Part shown: one piece after another, positions 20,062 through 28,994 of the stretch
Position numbering within the stretch: position 1 is the first letter of the stretch
How the letters are laid out: each line of letters starts with the position of its first letter
Assembly (NCBI GenBank): GCA_038137215.1
Contig: JAYQBG010000001.1
Location: forward strand, 40,145 to 104,144
Length of the DNA: 64,000 nucleotides
Origin: Alphaproteobacteria bacterium
Lineage (GTDB): Bacteria > Pseudomonadota > Alphaproteobacteria > UBA6615
Direction of reading: 5' to 3'
Program-made: the position numbers and the translations under genes
Notes under the pieces: generated by a model
The model's database searches: none
Seen by the model: the letters and a program-made list of their open reading frames with translations, nothing else
Told to the model about the DNA's origin: nothing

Positions 20062-20541
20062 GTGATCAAGGTCCAGGAAGAAGACTTCGATATCGGTGCT
20101 GAACTTGCCGCGCTGAGCGCCGGCGATACCTCCATCGGGGCGGTGGCGAGTTTCACCGGCCTGGTCCGGGACATGGCGCCGATCGAGGGTGAAACCCACA
20201 ATATCCGCACCATGACCCTGGAGCATTATCCGGGAATGACCGAGAAGAAGCTCGCGGAGATTGAGGCCGAAGCCAACGAGCGCTGGCCGCTGGCCGCAAG
20301 CCTAATCATCCACCGGTACGGCACACTGGCCCCGGGCGACCGGATCGTGTTCGTGGCCTGCGCCTCGGCACACCGGCAGGCGGCCTTCGATGCCTGCCAG
20401 TTCCTGATCGACTGGCTGAAAACCGAAGCCCCGTTCTGGAAGCTCGAAGAAACCGATGGCGGCGGTGTCTGGGTCGATGCCCGTGAATCGGACGATCAGG
20501 CGGCCGCGCGCTGGAACAAGGCTAACGACACGTCCACCTGA
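20062..20541 (+). CDS. moaE: molybdopterin synthase catalytic subunit MoaE
   Basis: 159 aa MoaE family (VASFTGLVRD ... LEHYPGM). Confidence 0.9.
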   Translation: MIKVQEEDFDIGAELAALSAGDTSIGAVASFTGLVRDMAPIEGETHNIRTMTLEHYPGMTEKKLAEIEAEANERWPLAASLIIHRYGTLAPGDRIVFVACASAHRQAAFDACQFLIDWLKTEAPFWKLEETDGGGVWVDARESDDQAAARWNKANDTST

Positions 20542-20552
20542 GTCCTCTCCGC

Positions 20553-21452
20553 TTACTCGGCGGCAGCTGCCGCCGCGCGGCCGTTCACAAGGTCGTCGTA
20601 ATCCTGCATCAGATTGCGCGTGATCTCACCCACCTCGAAGGTGTGATCCTCGGCAATCTGGGCAATCGGCGTGACTTCCGCCGCCGTCCCGGTCACGAAC
20701 ATCTCCGAGGCATTGTTGAGTTCCTCGGGCATGATCGGGCGCTCGATGACTTCATAGCCGCGCGCCTTTGCCAGATTGATTACCGTCTTGCGGGTGATCC
20801 CGTTGAGGAAACAATCGGGCGTCGGCGTGTGGATCTTGCCGTCGATCACCAGGAACATGTTCGCACCCGTGGTCTCCGCAAGCTGACCGCGCCAGTCGAG
20901 CATCAGAGCATCGGAAAAGCCCTTCGCTTCCGCCGCATGCTTGGACAAGGTGCAGATCATGTAGAGGCCGGCGGCCTTGGCATGCACCGGCTGGGTCTTC
21001 GGATCGGGCCGGTTGTAGATGGCCCAGTCAATCTTGATCCCCTTCATGCGAGCCTCGGGCGAGAAGTAGGACGGCCACTGCCAGACAGCGCTTCCGAGAT
21101 GGATCCTGCAGTTCTGGGCCGAGACGCCCCTCTGCTCCGGCCCACGCCACGCGGCCGGGCGGATATAGGCGTCCTGATAGCCGGACTTCTCAAGCGCTTC
21201 CCGGCAGACGGCGTCCAGTTCGGCCACCGAATACGGCACTTCGAAGCCAAGCATTCCGGCCGAATCATGCAGCCGCTGATTGTGCGCCGCCAGTTCGAAA
21301 ATCTCGCCGTTGTAAGCGCGCATTCCTTCAAAGACACAGGATGCGTAATGCAGGGCGTGGCTGAGGTAATGCACCTTGGCATCGCGCCAGGGAACAAACG
21401 CCCCATCCATCCAGATAACACCATCGCGGTCATCATATGGAACTTCTTGCAT
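20553..21452 (-). CDS. ilvE: branched-chain amino acid aminotransferase
   Basis: 299 aa from ATG at 21452 (MQEVPYDDRDGVIWMDGAFVPW...); fold-type IV PLP aminotransferase blocks; AAGGAC 7 nt upstream. Confidence 0.9.
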   Translation of the reverse strand: MQEVPYDDRDGVIWMDGAFVPWRDAKVHYLSHALHYASCVFEGMRAYNGEIFELAAHNQRLHDSAGMLGFEVPYSVAELDAVCREALEKSGYQDAYIRPAAWRGPEQRGVSAQNCRIHLGSAVWQWPSYFSPEARMKGIKIDWAIYNRPDPKTQPVHAKAAGLYMICTLSKHAAEAKGFSDALMLDWRGQLAETTGANMFLVIDGKIHTPTPDCFLNGITRKTVINLAKARGYEVIERPIMPEELNNASEMFVTGTAAEVTPIAQIAEDHTFEVGEITRNLMQDYDDLVNGRAAAAAAE

Positions 21453-21462
21453 CGTCTGAGTC

Positions 21463-21490
21463 CTTGATACTTTTGAGTTCTTGATACTTT
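21463..21490. repeat. tandem direct repeat CTTGATACTTT x2 (period 17) in ilvE 5' leader
   Basis: Seen directly: tcCTTGATACTTTtgagttCTTGATACTTTcgaacg; second copy overlaps the ilvE ribosome-binding region on the minus strand. Confidence 0.4.
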
Positions 21491-21550
21491 CGAACGTTTC
21501 AACCCTGCCAGGAGACAAATAATTCCGCAACACGGTTGCGTGGCGTAACA

Positions 21551-21570
21551 TTGACCTGTAAATAAGTCAA
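21551..21570. promoter_or_regulatory. candidate MarR operator (TTGAC-N10-GTCAA palindrome) abutting marR-like start
   Basis: TTGACctgtaaataaGTCAA immediately 5' of ATG 21572; a further TTGACC follows the ATG. Confidence 0.35.
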
Positions 21571-21571
21571 T

Positions 21572-22078
21572 ATGGTTGACCTTAATTCGAGCCCGGCCCT
21601 GCACCCGCTTCGCGAGGAAGATCTGCGTCAGGGGATCGAATTGCTGATTTATGCCTACCGGGATTTCACCGGTGAGCCGGACGCCATGCTCGAAAAATAC
21701 GGGCTCGGACGTGCGCATCATCGGGTGATCTACTTCGTGGGGCGAAACCCGGGAATCACCGTCACCGAACTTCTTGAAATTCTGCGGATCACCAAGCAAA
21801 GCCTCTCCCGGGTTCTGGGTCATCTTCTGGAGAACGACTTTATCCTGCAGCGCGCGGACCCGGCCGACCGCCGCCGCAAGCAGCTCACCCTTTCCGAAAA
21901 GGGCAAGAACCTGGAGCACAAACTCACCTCGACCCAAATGGAACGGTTTGCGAGAGCCTATCGCGACGCGGGACCCGAGGCGGTGGAAGGATTTCGGCGA
22001 GTGCTAATCGGAATCGTGGAACCGGAAGACCGCGCACAGGTCCGGCCTGCTGCCATTCGCCCGCAAAACCGCCGCTGA
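21572..22078 (+). CDS. MarR family transcriptional regulator
   Basis: 168 aa; winged-helix block GITVTELLEILRITKQSLSRVLGHLLENDFILQRADPADRRRKQLTLSEKG. Confidence 0.8.
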   Translation: MVDLNSSPALHPLREEDLRQGIELLIYAYRDFTGEPDAMLEKYGLGRAHHRVIYFVGRNPGITVTELLEILRITKQSLSRVLGHLLENDFILQRADPADRRRKQLTLSEKGKNLEHKLTSTQMERFARAYRDAGPEAVEGFRRVLIGIVEPEDRAQVRPAAIRPQNRR

Positions 22079-22123
22079 CGGCGGCAGCACAACGGTCGCA
22101 GACGCGATATACTCGTCCGGGCT

Positions 22124-22804
22124 ATGGAAGACACTCCCCATATTCTGGTCGTTGATGATGACCGCCGGCTTCGCGAACTTCTGAAGAAGTTCCTGACCGA
22201 CAGTGGATTTCGCGTGACCACTGCGGAAAGCGCCGGGGAGGCCCGCGAGAAACTTGTCAGCATCCAGTTCGACCTGCTGGTCCTGGATCTGATGATGCCC
22301 GGCGAGAGCGGTTTGTCGCTGACCAGCGGGTTGCGGGAAACCAACATGGTCCCGATCCTGATGCTGACCGCGATGGCCGAGCCCGAGGACCGGATCGACG
22401 GACTGGAACGGGGCGCGGACGATTATCTGACCAAGCCCTTCGAACCCCGCGAACTCGTTGCACGCATCCGCTCAATCCTGCGGCGTGCGGGCAATCAGCA
22501 AAGTGACTCCGGCGAATTTCAGTTCGGCGAACATGTGTATGATTCCCAGCGTCAGATCCTGACAGGCCCGGACGGCACGGTCGCTCTGACAGGGGCGGAA
22601 GCACGCCTGCTTGACGTCCTGGCTGCCTCACCGGGGACTCCGGTGAGCCGGGAAGCCCTCCAGGAACAAAGCGGGATCGGCGGCAGTGCGCGTGCTGTCG
22701 ATGTGCAGGTGACGCGGCTTCGGCGTAAGATCGAACCCAATCCCCGGACGCCACGCTATCTGCAGACCATCCGCGGACAGGGTTACGTTCTGTGGCCCGA
22801 CTAA
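22124..22804 (+). CDS. ompR: OmpR-family two-component response regulator (OmpR ortholog-like)
   Basis: ILVVDDDRRLRELLKKFLTDSGFRV ... DLLVLDLMMPGESGLSL ... winged-helix C-terminus RYLQTIRGQGYVL; close to E. coli OmpR throughout. Confidence 0.8.
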   Translation: MEDTPHILVVDDDRRLRELLKKFLTDSGFRVTTAESAGEAREKLVSIQFDLLVLDLMMPGESGLSLTSGLRETNMVPILMLTAMAEPEDRIDGLERGADDYLTKPFEPRELVARIRSILRRAGNQQSDSGEFQFGEHVYDSQRQILTGPDGTVALTGAEARLLDVLAASPGTPVSREALQEQSGIGGSARAVDVQVTRLRRKIEPNPRTPRYLQTIRGQGYVLWPD

Positions 22805-22825
22805 ACCGATGACGCATGAGCGCCC

Positions 22826-24178
22826 ATGTCCGCGATGAAAGACATCTTCCGCATGCCCCGGGACCTTCGGCTGTCGCTGAAGCGATTTCTGCCGCGCGGT
22901 CTGCTCGCGCGCTCCCTGCTGATTATCGTCGTGCCGCTGGTGCTGCTGCAGATCGTCAGCGGCATTATCTTTTACGACCGGCACTGGTCGAATGTGAGCC
23001 GCCATCGCGCCAATGCCCTGGCCGGTGATATCGCCCTGATCTTGGAGCTGATCAATCGGGACACGCTCAACAACAATCAGGCTGCGATCTTCAGTCTTGC
23101 CCGCAGCACCCTCGATTTGATCATCGAATACGAACCGGACGCCATTCTGCCCAACACCGAATTCAAACCTTCGGGCAATCTGGAAGTGACGCTGGCGCGC
23201 TCAATCAATGAAATCGTGCAACGTCCGGCCGTGATCGACACGACGAGCACCTACAACCGGGTGCTGATCGACCTGCAGTTGCCATCCGGCATCCTGCGCG
23301 TATCGGCCAACGAAGAACGGTTGATCAGCTCGACCACAAAGATCTTCATTCTGTGGATGACCGGGACCTCGCTGATTCTTTTCGCGGTCGCGACCTTGTT
23401 CATGCGCAATCAGGTCAGCCCGATCCGGCGTCTGGCGACCGCCGCAGAAAACTTCGGCAAGGGCCGCGACACCCCGAATTTTAAACCCTCGGGCGCAAGC
23501 GAGGTGCGCCAGGCAGCCACGGCCTTCATGGCCATGCGCAGCCGGCTCGAGCGCCAGATCCAGCAACGCACGGACATGCTGGCGGGGGTCAGCCATGATC
23601 TACGGACTCCGCTGACCCGGATGAAACTCCAGATCGCGATGCTCGATAAAAATGCCGAGATCGAAGAACTGAGCTCGGATGTCGCGGCGATGGAAAGCAT
23701 GATCGAGGGCTATCTCAACTTCGCCCGCGGTGAAGGCACCGAGGAACGCCAAATCGTCAATGCGGTAGACCTGCTGGAGGAAGTCGCACGGGACGCCGGT
23801 CGGAATGGTCCCCCCGTCAAAGTCACCATCACGGACGAGGTCGAATTGCCGCTGGCGCGCAATGCCATGCGGCGTTGCCTGACAAACCTTGTCGAAAACG
23901 CCCGACGGCACGGCGATGTCACGGAACTCACGATCCAGCGAAACGGACGCGTCCTGGAAATCTATGTCGATGACAACGGCCCCGGAATCGCGCCAGAATT
24001 GCGCGAGGACGTGTTCCGCCCGTTCTTCCGGATCGATTCCTCCCGCAACACAGAGACCGGCGGGACCGGCCTGGGCCTGTCGATCGCGCAGGATGTCGTC
24101 AGCGGTCACGGCGGAGAGATCAGTCTGACCGACTCCCCCCTCGGCGGTCTGCGCGTCGCGCTTCGGATTCCGATCTAG
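22826..24178 (+). CDS. envZ: EnvZ-like osmosensor histidine kinase
   Basis: Two N-terminal TM segments, HAMP, H-box LAGVSHDLRTPLTRMKLQIAML, G-boxes DDNGPGIAPE / GTGLGLSI; alternative starts at 22835 or 22853. Confidence 0.8.
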   Translation: MSAMKDIFRMPRDLRLSLKRFLPRGLLARSLLIIVVPLVLLQIVSGIIFYDRHWSNVSRHRANALAGDIALILELINRDTLNNNQAAIFSLARSTLDLIIEYEPDAILPNTEFKPSGNLEVTLARSINEIVQRPAVIDTTSTYNRVLIDLQLPSGILRVSANEERLISSTTKIFILWMTGTSLILFAVATLFMRNQVSPIRRLATAAENFGKGRDTPNFKPSGASEVRQAATAFMAMRSRLERQIQQRTDMLAGVSHDLRTPLTRMKLQIAMLDKNAEIEELSSDVAAMESMIEGYLNFARGEGTEERQIVNAVDLLEEVARDAGRNGPPVKVTITDEVELPLARNAMRRCLTNLVENARRHGDVTELTIQRNGRVLEIYVDDNGPGIAPELREDVFRPFFRIDSSRNTETGGTGLGLSIAQDVVSGHGGEISLTDSPLGGLRVALRIPI

Positions 24179-24510
24179 AAGAGCTTGCCGCCGTTCGGTA
24201 CCGGCTTGTCAATGGCCAGCAGGATGACCTCTCCCGCCGCATCGGGAAATCCGAGAACAAGAATTTCGGACATGAACTTGCCGATCTGCTTGGGCGGAAA
24301 GTTCACCACCGCAGCCACCTGACGGCCAACCAGAACGTCGGGCGTGTAGTGCACCGTCAACTGCGCCGAGGTCTTCTTAACGCCGATCGCCTCACCGAAA
24401 TCGACCCAGAGCTTGGTGGCGGGGCGCCGCGCTTCGGGGAAGGGTTGCGCATCGACAACGGTCCCCACACGGATATCGACCCTGGCGAAATCCTCGAATG
24501 AAATCTCTAT
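24175..24510 (-). CDS. CsaA-like tRNA-binding (EMAP/OB-fold) protein with no canonical start codon
   Basis: C-terminal 110 aa match CsaA (DIRVGTVVDAQPFPEARRPATKLWVDFG ... AVVNFPPKQIGKFMSEILVLG ... PVPNGGKLF); the position aligned to homolog Met is ATA (24508..24510), 4 nt after the TetR stop. Confidence 0.55.
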   Translation of the reverse strand: MEISFEDFARVDIRVGTVVDAQPFPEARRPATKLWVDFGEAIGVKKTSAQLTVHYTPDVLVGRQVAAVVNFPPKQIGKFMSEILVLGFPDAAGEVILLAIDKPVPNGGKLF

Positions 24511-24514
24511 CGGA

Positions 24515-25132
24515 TCAGGCGGCGTCCGTGGCCATCTGCGGGCCCAGAGGCCGACCGGGCAGGGATGCGAAGGTTTCAACGGCGCGGCGCAAATTTTTGT
24601 CCAGCGCGGCCATGGTCTCGGCAAGGCCGGCACTCTCGTCGCGCAGCCAGACCCGCTGGGTGACGAGCCAGACACCGGCGAGCGCCTTCGCGAACAGACA
24701 GCCACGCGCCCCCCGGTCGGGATATCCCGCCGCCCCGGCCAGGAATGCAAACGACCGTTGGCTCTGGGGCAGCAGATGCAGCACCGTCTCGGGTTCGCGT
24801 ATCGCATCCTCGATGATCGACTTCACCGCCTGCCGGTCCGGCTCGAGGGCTTCAAAACGCTGCATCATGATATCGAGCAGCAGATCGTAGCGCGCCTCGG
24901 GGTCCTCCGGCGCGGGCCCCATATCCGCAACGGCGGCCAGATCCACACGGCGTACGTACATGTTGAGGAGTTCGGCCCGGACCGGGCAGACAGCGTAGGT
25001 TTGCGCGGCGGACAATTTGGCGCGCGCGGCAACGTCATCGAGCGACAGCCCACGCCATCCCTGCTCGCCAACGCATGCCAGCATCGCATCGATCAGCCGA
25101 TCTGAAGGAGTCTTCGGTGTTTTTGCCATCAC
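24515..25132 (-). CDS. TetR/AcrR family transcriptional regulator
   Basis: N-terminal HTH SDRLIDAMLACVGEQGWRGLSLDDVAARAKLSAAQTYAVCPVRAELL. Confidence 0.8.
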   Translation of the reverse strand: MMAKTPKTPSDRLIDAMLACVGEQGWRGLSLDDVAARAKLSAAQTYAVCPVRAELLNMYVRRVDLAAVADMGPAPEDPEARYDLLLDIMMQRFEALEPDRQAVKSIIEDAIREPETVLHLLPQSQRSFAFLAGAAGYPDRGARGCLFAKALAGVWLVTQRVWLRDESAGLAETMAALDKNLRRAVETFASLPGRPLGPQMATDAA

Positions 25133-25170
25133 GGAATGGAATGTAGCGCAATCCGGGCGCGGGAAAAGGC

Positions 25171-25977
25171 CTATCCCGCCAGTTCGCGCGAGCGCTCGGT
25201 GGCGCGACCGATTGCGTCGGTCATCAGCCGGGTGAGCGCGTCATCCCTCATCAGGATGGCGAGGGCCGCCGCGGTGGTGCCGCCGGGGCTGGTCACGTTC
25301 TCACGCAGGGTCGCCGCGTCGTCCGGGCTTTGGGCCAGCAGCTCACCACTGCCCGCGACGGTCGCGCGCGCAAGTTGCATGGCGAGGACCGGTGACAATC
25401 CGGCGGCTTCACCGGCCGCCGCCATGGCCTCGACCAGATGGAACACATAGGCCGGACCGCTGCCCGACACACCCGTCACCGCATCCATCAGGGCCTCGTC
25501 CTCGATCCATGCCACCTGCCCCACCGCGGCGAGCAGGGATTCGCACATCTCGCGCTGGTGCGCCGCGACATGCGGGTTGGCAAACAGCACCGTGATGCCC
25601 CGTCCCACGGCGGCCGGGGTGTTGGGCATCGCCCGCACGATGGCCGCTTCCGATCCCAGCAGGTCTTCAAAGGAGGCCACGGTGCGGCCGGCCGCAATGG
25701 ACAGGAAGACCGTCTCGGGGCCCACGAGTGCGCGATAGGGCGCTGCCACCGCATCCATGACCTGGGGCTTGACGGCCAGCACGGCAACGGCGGGTACAAA
25801 TCCGTCCGGGAGATCCTCGATTGTCGCGCCGACAGAAACACCGGCGGGCACATCCAGGCCTGCCGGATCGACGACAAAAATGTCCTCCGGCGCGGTCCCG
25901 CGGGCAATCCAGCCCGTCATCAGGGCGCTGCCCATCTTGCCGCAGCCAACGAGGAGGATGGATCGGGAACGGCTCAT
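25171..25977 (-). CDS. proC: pyrroline-5-carboxylate reductase
   Basis: 268 aa; Rossmann LLVGCGKMGSAL and ProC C-terminal dimerisation block SPGGTTAAAL. Confidence 0.9.
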   Translation of the reverse strand: MSRSRSILLVGCGKMGSALMTGWIARGTAPEDIFVVDPAGLDVPAGVSVGATIEDLPDGFVPAVAVLAVKPQVMDAVAAPYRALVGPETVFLSIAAGRTVASFEDLLGSEAAIVRAMPNTPAAVGRGITVLFANPHVAAHQREMCESLLAAVGQVAWIEDEALMDAVTGVSGSGPAYVFHLVEAMAAAGEAAGLSPVLAMQLARATVAGSGELLAQSPDDAATLRENVTSPGGTTAAALAILMRDDALTRLMTDAIGRATERSRELAG

Positions 25978-25998
25978 CGAATGTCCGTCAGGCCCGTA

Positions 25999-26499
25999 TC
26001 AGGCTTCGCCGACCGTTTCGAACACCACCGAACTCACAGCGGTCTGGGCGCTCTGATTGCCCCAGACAACGTACTGAAAGGCCGGATAGAACCGGTCGAG
26101 TTCGTGGAGTGCGATATCAATCATGTCTTCGACCTGTTCGGCGGACAGTGAGCCCCCGCGCAGCAACAGGGCGTGGCGATAGGCCGGCAATCCGTCTTCA
26201 GTGCCGACATCGAAATGCCCGATGCCCAGGCGTTCGTTCAGCACGGCCAGCAATTCATGAACCGAGGCGCGCCGGTCGGGAGGTGTGCGGACATCGAAGG
26301 CGCAGGTGATCTGCAGGGCTCCGATCTCGGCAATCCAGTTGAACATCGCGTGATAGTCGCACCACCGGCCCCCGGCTTCTGCCACCAGTTCGTCGCGCCC
26401 GATGCGTTCCAGGGACCAGTCGCGCAACGCGATGGTTTCCTCGACCAAATCGAGTGGATGCATGGTCTGATCGAAGATGGATTGGGACAAATTGCCCAT
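25999..26499 (-). CDS. YbjN domain-containing protein
   Basis: 166 aa from ATG 26499; conserved ybjN-proC synteny of Alphaproteobacteria. Confidence 0.7.
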   Translation of the reverse strand: MGNLSQSIFDQTMHPLDLVEETIALRDWSLERIGRDELVAEAGGRWCDYHAMFNWIAEIGALQITCAFDVRTPPDRRASVHELLAVLNERLGIGHFDVGTEDGLPAYRHALLLRGGSLSAEQVEDMIDIALHELDRFYPAFQYVVWGNQSAQTAVSSVVFETVGEA

Positions 26500-26691
26500 C
26501 GGGCACCAGCCTCCTGCGTGTCGCCTATTTGCCACCCGAAAACCGACCAACACTCCGAAACAAATACGAAATATTGTGGGTAGGGCGGGCCATAACCACT
26601 ATGGAAGGTAACCTGTCATGAAGGCGCGCTGCGTCGCAACCATCGCGTCTGTGGACAGTCACGATTTCCCAAGTCGCGCGGTGTCCCGCGT

Positions 26692-27027
26692 TCAGGCGTC
26701 AGGTTCGGACGGCTTTTTCCCGGTTTTTGCCTTGGTGCCGGTCTTTGTGCCCGCCTTGGCCGCCGGTTTCCGGCGCGGGGCGGAATCCAGTTTCTTCTCC
26801 AGCGCCGCAACGCGTTTTTCCAGGGCTTCCTGTTCTTCGCGCGCCCGGATCGCTACGGCTTCGATGGCTTCGAATTCCTCGCGACGCACCAGGTCCAGAT
26901 TCTCCAGAACCCGTTCCAGGCGTTGCTGGACGAGGGTCTCGATTTCATCACGCATTCCGCTCGCCACACCGGCCGCACCATTTGTCAGGCGGGCGATATC
27001 GTCGAGTATCCGGCTTCGTGTCTGCAT
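26692..27027 (-). CDS. ubiK: UbiK/YqiC family accessory protein (BMFP-like coiled coil)
   Basis: 111 aa from ATG 27027 preceded by AAGGAGAG; MQTRSRILDDIARLTNGAAGVASGMRDEIETLVQQRLERVL ... REEFEA; Lys/Ala/Gly-rich tail. Confidence 0.7.
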   Translation of the reverse strand: MQTRSRILDDIARLTNGAAGVASGMRDEIETLVQQRLERVLENLDLVRREEFEAIEAVAIRAREEQEALEKRVAALEKKLDSAPRRKPAAKAGTKTGTKAKTGKKPSEPDA

Positions 27028-27145
27028 CTCGATCTCTCCTTGTCTGAAGTGAAGACTATGCCTGTCGGTATAACGCGGACAAGGCCGATACGTTGCGGCG
27101 CGCCGTCGCACACGCCTATAAATCCCGCCAGGAAGGGAGCGGCAG

Positions 27146-28123
27146 ATGTATCTGGTAACCGGCGGCGCGGGCTTTATCGGCTCCAATCTCGTGGCGGAAC
27201 TTACCCGGGCGGGGCATGAGGTTGCGGTCTGCGACTACGTCGATGAGTCCAACCGGGCTAATCTCGACAAGCGCGGGCCGCTGGAGATCATTCACCCGGA
27301 TGACCTTCTGAACTGGCTAGACACCGGCAAGGCGGCCCCCCGGGCGATCTTTCACATGGGCGCAATATCTTCCACGGTGGAACGCGATGTCGACAAGATC
27401 ATGCGCACCAACTACCTGCTGAGCCTGCGCCTGTGGGAATGGGCACGCAATGCACAGGTCCCGTTTATCTATGCCTCTTCGGCGGCGACCTATGGCGACG
27501 GCGAGGCCGGCTTCGACGACGACAATGACCCCGACGCCCTGCAGCGTCTGAAACCGCTCAATCCCTATGGCTGGTCGAAGCTTTTGTTCGACCGGGCCGC
27601 CGTACAGATGGCAGCCACGGGAGACGCGCCACCCCAATGGGCGGGCCTGCGCTTTTTCAACGTCTACGGACCGAACGAGTATCACAAGGGCGGCCAGCGC
27701 AGCGTGGTGCCCCAGTTCTGGCAGCAGATTCACGAAACCGGCAAGGCACGGCTGTTCCAGTCCCACGACCCGGACTATGACGATGGCGGACAACTCCGGG
27801 ATTTCGTGCATGTCTCGGACACGGTCTCGGTGATGATGTGGCTGGCACAAACACCGGCGGTCAGCGGGATATTCAACCTCGGCACCGGTCAGGCACGCTC
27901 CTTCGACGATCTCGCCAGGGCCATCTTCGAAACCCTCGCCAGGCCCGCGGATATCGACTACATCGCGATGCCCGAGAGCGTCCGCAATCAGTACCAGTAC
28001 TTCACGGAAGCGCGAATGGACCGGCTGCGCGGCGCTGGCTACGATAAGACGTTCATCTCGCTCGAAGACGGCGTGCGCTCTTATGTCGGCACCTATCTGG
28101 AAAGTAATGATCGTTACGTCTAA
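27146..28123 (+). CDS. hldD: ADP-L-glycero-D-manno-heptose 6-epimerase
   Basis: YLVTGGAGFIGSNLV, FIYASSAATYG, NPYGWSKLLFD, SGIFNLGTG blocks colinear with E. coli HldD. Confidence 0.9.
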   Translation: MYLVTGGAGFIGSNLVAELTRAGHEVAVCDYVDESNRANLDKRGPLEIIHPDDLLNWLDTGKAAPRAIFHMGAISSTVERDVDKIMRTNYLLSLRLWEWARNAQVPFIYASSAATYGDGEAGFDDDNDPDALQRLKPLNPYGWSKLLFDRAAVQMAATGDAPPQWAGLRFFNVYGPNEYHKGGQRSVVPQFWQQIHETGKARLFQSHDPDYDDGGQLRDFVHVSDTVSVMMWLAQTPAVSGIFNLGTGQARSFDDLARAIFETLARPADIDYIAMPESVRNQYQYFTEARMDRLRGAGYDKTFISLEDGVRSYVGTYLESNDRYV

Positions 28124-28150
28124 CGCTGACCCCATGGACCGACCACGCCC

Positions 28151-28984
28151 ATGAGCGGCCCCCTGCCCTTTCCCGACATCGAACCGGTTGCGATTGCCAT
28201 CGGCCCCATCGCCATCCGCTGGTATGCGCTGGCCTTCATCGGCGGCCTGCTAGCGGGATGGGCCTATATGCGCTGGCTGCTGCGCCGGCCACCGGCGACG
28301 ATGACGGCAGAACAGGTGGGTGACTTTTTCAGCTGGGCCATTGTCGGCGTGATCGTCGGCGGCCGCCTCGGCTTCGTGGGCTTCTATCAACCCGGCTTCT
28401 ATCTGGAGAACCCGGTCCAGATTCTCATGGTCTGGAACGGCGGCATGTCCTTCCACGGCGGATTGCTCGGCGTCATCGCCGCCATCATTTTGTATGCCAG
28501 GCGGCACGACATCAATCCGCTCTCGCTGGGAGACCTTGTTGCCGCGGCGGCCCCCATCGGATTGTTGCTCGGACGCACAGCCAACTTTATCAATGGCGAA
28601 CTCTACGGACGCGCCACCGACGTACCCTGGGCCTTTGTCTTCCCGAATGGCGGAGATGTCGCCCGCCACCCCAGCCAGCTCTACGAGGCCGGACTGGAAG
28701 GGCTGGTGTTGTTCGTAATTTTGTTCGTCATGGCACGGTTCTGTGGCGCGCGGTTTCGGCCGGGTCTGATCACCGGCGTATTCCTGATCGGTTACGGTGC
28801 CGCAAGGAGTTTTGTGGAGCTTTTCCGCCAGCCCGACCTCTATGTCGGCGATGCCGGTTTCCTCGCCGGAGGTGTGACGATGGGACAATTGCTGTCCGCT
28901 CCGATCGTGATTGCAGGTGTGGCGTTCATCGTCTATGCCGTTAGACATGAACGGATCACAGACAGACTACGTCGCGCGGCCTGA
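28151..28984 (+). CDS. lgt: prolipoprotein diacylglyceryl transferase
   Basis: Lgt signature GGRLGFVGFYQPGFY ... MSFHGGLLG ... GRTANFINGELYGR. Confidence 0.9.
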   Translation: MSGPLPFPDIEPVAIAIGPIAIRWYALAFIGGLLAGWAYMRWLLRRPPATMTAEQVGDFFSWAIVGVIVGGRLGFVGFYQPGFYLENPVQILMVWNGGMSFHGGLLGVIAAIILYARRHDINPLSLGDLVAAAAPIGLLLGRTANFINGELYGRATDVPWAFVFPNGGDVARHPSQLYEAGLEGLVLFVILFVMARFCGARFRPGLITGVFLIGYGAARSFVELFRQPDLYVGDAGFLAGGVTMGQLLSAPIVIAGVAFIVYAVRHERITDRLRRAA

Positions 28985-28994
28985 CACATCCGAC

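Noticed and set aside
24175-25132. Possible TetR-CsaA translational fusion by frameshifting
   Set aside because: The frames differ and the TetR C-terminus aligns to its own stop; a fused product has no precedent that I know of and the 4-nt gap fits simple adjacency.
26618-27052. 144-aa plus ORF overlapping ubiK
   Set aside because: Ser/Arg/Ala-rich junk antisense to a well-supported UbiK with a strong AAGGAGAG RBS.
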